In this document: in pieces, positions 63,568 to 64,000 of the stretch | Layout: each line of letters opens with the position of its first letter | Position numbering within the stretch: position 1 is the first letter of the stretch | Source of the DNA: a virus | DNA length: 64,000 bases | Strand: one strand, 5' to 3' | Virus record (IMG/VR): IMGVR_UViG_3300031132_000323 | Coordinates: 3,113 to 67,112 of that record | The notes under the pieces: generated by a model | What the model was told of the DNA's origin: nothing | Databases searched by the model: none | The model's input: the letters and a program-made list of their open reading frames with translations, nothing else | Made by a program: the position numbers and the translations under genes

Positions 63568-64000
63568 TGCGGCCGATCTTTTTGAGTTCAGAGGCCGCGC
63601 GGAGCTTGTCGTTTCGCGCGATGACTTGGGCGCTAAACGCGGATTCAAGGTTGGCGCGCTCCTCCCGCTCCATGGCTTCCGCCTCGCGCTCGCGGAGCGT
63701 GCGCCCCGTCAGCGTGTCATAGGCCGACAAGCCGAGCGCAAGCGCGAAGCCCGCAGCGCCGACGGCTGCGCAGACCCACAAACCAGAATCCCCCATCGTC
63801 AACGCGGCAACGCCCGCCGCGCCGACGAAGAAACAGGCCATGCCGGTGGCGGTGTTGGGGTCTTTGGGACTTCCGCGCAACATGATAGACCGAATGAGCA
63901 CGAAGAGCGCGGCAAGGCCCACGGTCAGCGCGATCAGTTCCAACGCGAGGCCGCTGTTATAGACTTCGGGGCGGGGTGCGACGATGGCGGGAAAGCTCAT
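63560..64000 (-). CDS. Membrane protein (three TM segments); start at the window edge
   Basis: Three hydrophobic segments and a charged C-terminus. Confidence 0.6.
   Translation of the reverse strand: MSFPAIVAPRPEVYNSGLALELIALTVGLAALFVLIRSIMLRGSPKDPNTATGMACFFVGAAGVAALTMGDSGLWVCAAVGAAGFALALGLSAYDTLTGRTLREREAEAMEREERANLESAFSAQVIARNDKLRAASELKKIGRND

Larger units (their letters stand above)
59253..64000. mobile_element. Second integrative element (ICE/IME-like); extends beyond the window
   Basis: Own integrase next to att, TGTCCAA repeats at 59360 and 59371, DotA/TraY gene, visibly different word usage. Confidence 0.8.

Noticed and set aside
1-64000. CRISPR array, rRNA or IS element
   Set aside because: No repeat-spacer array, rRNA-like sequence or transposase recognised

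Overview
Bases 1-59299 are a large, apparently intact temperate siphovirus prophage with an HK97-type head and lambdoid regulation. The host is a high-GC betaproteobacterium; gene content points to Massilia/Oxalobacteraceae (inference). The left end and lysis genes are outside the window. Minus strand: tail fibre, tail tip, tape measure, tail, head, terminase, a Q-like antiterminator and the early-right operon. The cro/cI switch is at about 45 kb. The pL operon runs on the plus strand to xis/int and an att site made of the 3' half of tRNA-Arg(UCU). A second integrative element (tyrosine integrase plus DotA/TraY) starts right after that att. Best accessory signals: (1) a stand-alone ~110-nt putative small RNA of 14 in-phase G-N-Y-N-N pentamers plus terminator (11701-11810), guide-RNA-like, with no partner protein visible in the window; (2) a copy of the integrase arm-binding domain fused to an HNH-type nuclease, between int and att; (3) a ~460-nt G-tract-rich structured non-coding region whose promoter overlaps a repressor operator; (4) two PEP-CTERM morons, each with a sigma54 promoter and a shared 17-bp enhancer; (5) a LexA-boxed mini-protein and two paralogs resembling the repressor C-terminus; (6) a TPR-like plus HEPN gene pair; (7) a yefM-yoeB module with an ACN-periodic leader. 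All family assignments come from motif recognition by eye, not database searches.
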